Origin: Macrostomum lignano
Taxonomy: Eukaryota
DNA: 64,000 bases
Assembly (NCBI GenBank): GCA_002269645.1
Contig: NIVC01000417.1
Span: forward strand, 67,904 to 131,903
Direction of reading: 5' to 3'
A model generated the notes under the pieces. The model saw nothing but the letters and a program-made list of their open reading frames with translations, was not told where the DNA came from and ran no database searches. This document shows positions 60,601 to 64,000 of the stretch, piece after piece. Made by a program: the position numbers and the translations under genes. Numbering within the stretch: the stretch's first letter is position 1; the number at the start of each line of letters is the position of its first letter.

Positions 60601-63580
60601 TACTAGTAGTTAGTTTATGGTACTCGCGCATTAATTTTGTATAGTAGTTTTATGCGATGGAAAATATTTATTGTCTGTGTCTTTGTGGTGTTACCGTTTT
60701 TATTAACCTAAATATTGGGCTATCTGACTAGAAATTTGTTTTTCTTTTTAATTCATACACGCGATAATTTTTCAGAAGTTTTTAACTTCAGAAATTGACG
60801 AGCAGGCGTGCATGCACGGGATTATTTTGACTAGTAAATAAACGAAATAAATACACATATTTATTTGGCGCTTGACCTAGATGGCCACATACCAAGATGG
60901 CCGCAGCCCTAAATGTATAAATAGATAATCATTTTTTGTTGGTATTAATCTGTATTAGATATACATCATATAGATAGATCTTTCAGTCTTGAGAAATAGA
61001 TGCTATAATAGAATTATTTTGAATTAAGAACATTCCTTTTGCTTTAGCTTTTATTATAGCCTGACCTATATATATTTATCTACTAAGTAAAGCATGCAAC
61101 CTAGCACAAAATACATACCTTGTTGCATTTATATCCTTTTTTGAATAGCATTACTAGTAGCAATGGTTTCTTAATAAACTAATACTAATGGTGATAGATA
61201 GATTTGACCAATGCAATGATAGGGAATAAATTGGCATAAACACAGAAAAAGATTTTATTTTTTTATTATAGGTAATTAGTTTCAAGTTGATTTTTGGAGT
61301 CTACCTGAGCCTACCATTAGTATTAAACATATTAGTTAATATTACAATAGCTATTGAGTTGCTAATTGATGGTACAGAGGAAAAGAATAGAGAGATTCAA
61401 TGCTGTGGCTATCTTGGTGTGTGACCATCTTGGTCTTACAACATTTATTTTTGTGGTTCTTGGTGCCTATTACTTTTAGTTGAAACGTCAGCTTTAGTAT
61501 TAGGAGATGGTTTCAAAGACTCCTTACTTTAGCAGTAGTTTATAGCAATGGATAAGACCAAGCTAGCGACACACTAAGACAGCCACTGGCTCACAGATAA
61601 GATTTTCTAAAATATTCAATGGATAATCAACAATAAAGTGCTTTTTCAGTTATTATTACAGATGTTAGTACTACGAGTATATGTTTCATTGCTTTTCTTA
61701 TGCAGGCCAATTTGACAGTTGACTACTTCAGCTTTAAAATAATAATTAGAAGTAATTGATTTATAAAGGTGTAGTTTATTATGCCAAATAGGTGAAAGTT
61801 AAATGTACAAATTACAATATTATATTTATAATTAAAACTAAAGCAAATAAAAAATTTGCCTTCTTCAAACCAACATACCTGTCATGAGTTAAAAAAAATG
61901 AGACTAGCTTGTTTTAAATAAAATTTAAAACTTAAGTTGAAGTTGCAGCTGTCCTGGTATGTAACTGTCTTAGTCATGTACCCTACGGAACTGTCTAAAT
62001 AAATTTCAAGATTTTTATATGGTCCTACACCTCTGAATAGAAAATCAAACCCATGGCAATGCCACGATACCATACTAGAAGTAAAAAATCAGCTAAGATT
62101 TTATGCCAAGCAACACATCAATCTGTAAACTGTATCCTTTAGAGGCACCAACAGGCTCAATCAAAAGGCTTCAATAGAACATAATAGAACATTTTGTATA
62201 AAGCTGAGCTAGGCATAGGCCAGGCAATCAAACTATCTAAGATTGAAAAAAGACAATAATCATATAATTAAATTATGTCAGCAAAATTGCCTTTCGATGG
62301 CAATTTTTCAAACTACAGATTGTCATTGCAAATGTCATTAATTTTTTAAACTTCTTAAGTACCTATGGTAGGTGTGGATTTAGGTATCTGCCCCCACTGC
62401 TATAGTTTGTCAAACTTAATCTACTCGTACTTGTCACACAAATGGTACTTTTTTATTTTTATAGCAAAATGGCAGCTTTCTGGCGCTATGTGGCACTTTT
62501 GGTTTTGGTACCAGTTTAGACCCTGCTGCTGCCCCCCCCAAGCAGAAATCCTTGATCTGCAACTGACATATGCATTCAAAATAGTAGAAAGATTCCAATC
62601 AATTTCCAAGTTTAAAAAAGGATTACATTATATTGGCGCTTCAACAATAATTTTTTTAGATGGTTGGAAATCCTTCGCATCAGTTTCTTCGTGAAGAACA
62701 TGCTGGCAGTAAGTATTTTATACATGTGATTTGATTAAGCTTTTAAGTGCTCATCCCAATGGGAACAAATCCTCATAAGAGACAAAAGATTTTTTTGTCA
62801 CAAACCTGATTGCACAGAGGCCATCTTAACAGTAGAACTACTAAGTACCAAAGGGATATTTTCCTCAACAACAAAAATTTTCCTGCATTGCTCCATTTTG
62901 GCACAGCAAAAGAAATTGTCTGGGTAGGGGAAATCCCCCTGAACCTATAGCTCCTTTTTGGCTGCTGGTGTGCTGAAATTGAACTCAATTGGTTGCATTG
63001 AACAGCATTCCTAAGTACTATCTTTTAATATTAATTGAACCAGTGTGCAATGCTGTTGTTTAACTTATTACGGCCTGCCAAGCCTACTGGCTGATAATGA
63101 CACTTTTCTGAAACCTCTACAACTGAGCTCTACTGTTTTAAACTCTATGTTATGATCATTAAATAAGGAAGAAATTGAAGCGCAAGATTTTTAATCCAGA
63201 CACAAGTGTAACCTCGATTCGTCATTTTCAGGTTTTATTAAATATTTATTTCCAAGCAGTAATATGATCTGCTTAGATAAAACGACAGATGCTACTTAAA
63301 TCAGCGTTAGTAGTATTTAAGCAGTACTAGAATAGCTTATTTAAAAACTGTCTATCTAGTGTCTGTCTCAGTCTCCGGTAGAGGTTTCAGAAAACTGTCA
63401 TAATCAGTCAGTAGGCTTGGCAGGTTGTAATCAGTCTGCCTCAGCCTCTCTTAGTGTCTCAGTGTCTGTCCTAGTGTCTGCCTCAGTGTCTGTCTCACAG
63501 TCTCAGCGGTTGTCTCAGTGTCTGTCCGTCATACTTACCATATGCATTCTTAACTATGTAGTCTTACCTTCTATTTCAGA

Positions 63581-63967
63581 ATGGACGCGACAACTTCAGG
63601 AGAAATACAGAAAATAAAATCTAATTCCGCACAATACAAAAGGCTGCAAATGCAGGCTAAAAGTGCTCCTAGGCCCTTTTCTCGTGTGCTTAAAGATTTA
63701 GATACAAGAAAGGAAACTTATGTGCTGATTCGAGTTTTCCAGGACAAACCTGCTCAGTACAGTTTGTCGCAAGATATTCCTGCTCGTATTGAAATGGATC
63801 TCAAAGAGCATTGCGATAATATTGTTAAAGTTTTTAGACGAGATGCTGATGAACAAGAAAAGCTCCGCAGGCAGCAAGCTGAAGCAGCTGCTCAAAGTCA
63901 AGCTCAAGGTGAGGCTGCTCAAAGTCAAACTGTAGGTGCGGCACAAAGCTCTGAGGCATGGCTTTGA
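63581..63967 (+). CDS. Hypothetical 128-aa protein or exon with Q/A-rich C-terminus
   Basis: ATG one base after a TTTCAG acceptor-like site; non-repetitive, protein-like composition; no family recognised. Confidence 0.4.
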   Translation: MDATTSGEIQKIKSNSAQYKRLQMQAKSAPRPFSRVLKDLDTRKETYVLIRVFQDKPAQYSLSQDIPARIEMDLKEHCDNIVKVFRRDADEQEKLRRQQAEAAAQSQAQGEAAQSQTVGAAQSSEAWL

Positions 63968-64000
63968 AGAAATAATAAAGAAAGGTGTGGCGATCCATGC

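Noticed and set aside
61880-62990. Cluster of short minus-strand ORFs, possibly a decayed gene or TE
   Set aside because: No motif recognised and frames are interrupted; a blastx search would be needed.

Overview
Animal (eukaryotic) genomic DNA, not prokaryotic; no rRNA, true tRNA or CRISPR was seen. GC-rich exons, GT-AG introns packed with minisatellites and TTAGGG-type repeats resemble the flatworm Macrostomum (inference only). Genes: an 8-exon GCK-I/MAP4K3-5 kinase (minus strand, 22236-9812, 1012 aa, ~53-Gln tract, CNH domain); a 4-exon secreted PAN-PAN-fibrinogen-domain gene (30606-32797) with a 1-nt frameshift in its last exon; two small signal-peptide+TM ORFs (1713, 6369); an orphan ORF (63581). 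Repeats: LINE fragments, a young 5'-truncated RT+RNase H LINE with a 15-bp TSD, two SINE families, hAT and Tc1-type MITEs, a decayed hAT transposase and many tandem arrays. Main result: the apparent 11-kb tandem duplication in the right half is two independent insertions of a giant non-autonomous TIR transposon (36283-47945, TSD GCGGGGAT; 48138-59256, TSD CAAAAAAT). It carries KDM3/JMJD1 histone-demethylase exon remnants, (CCCTAA)5 and several satellites. The second copy landed inside the terminal repeat of an older member of its own family.
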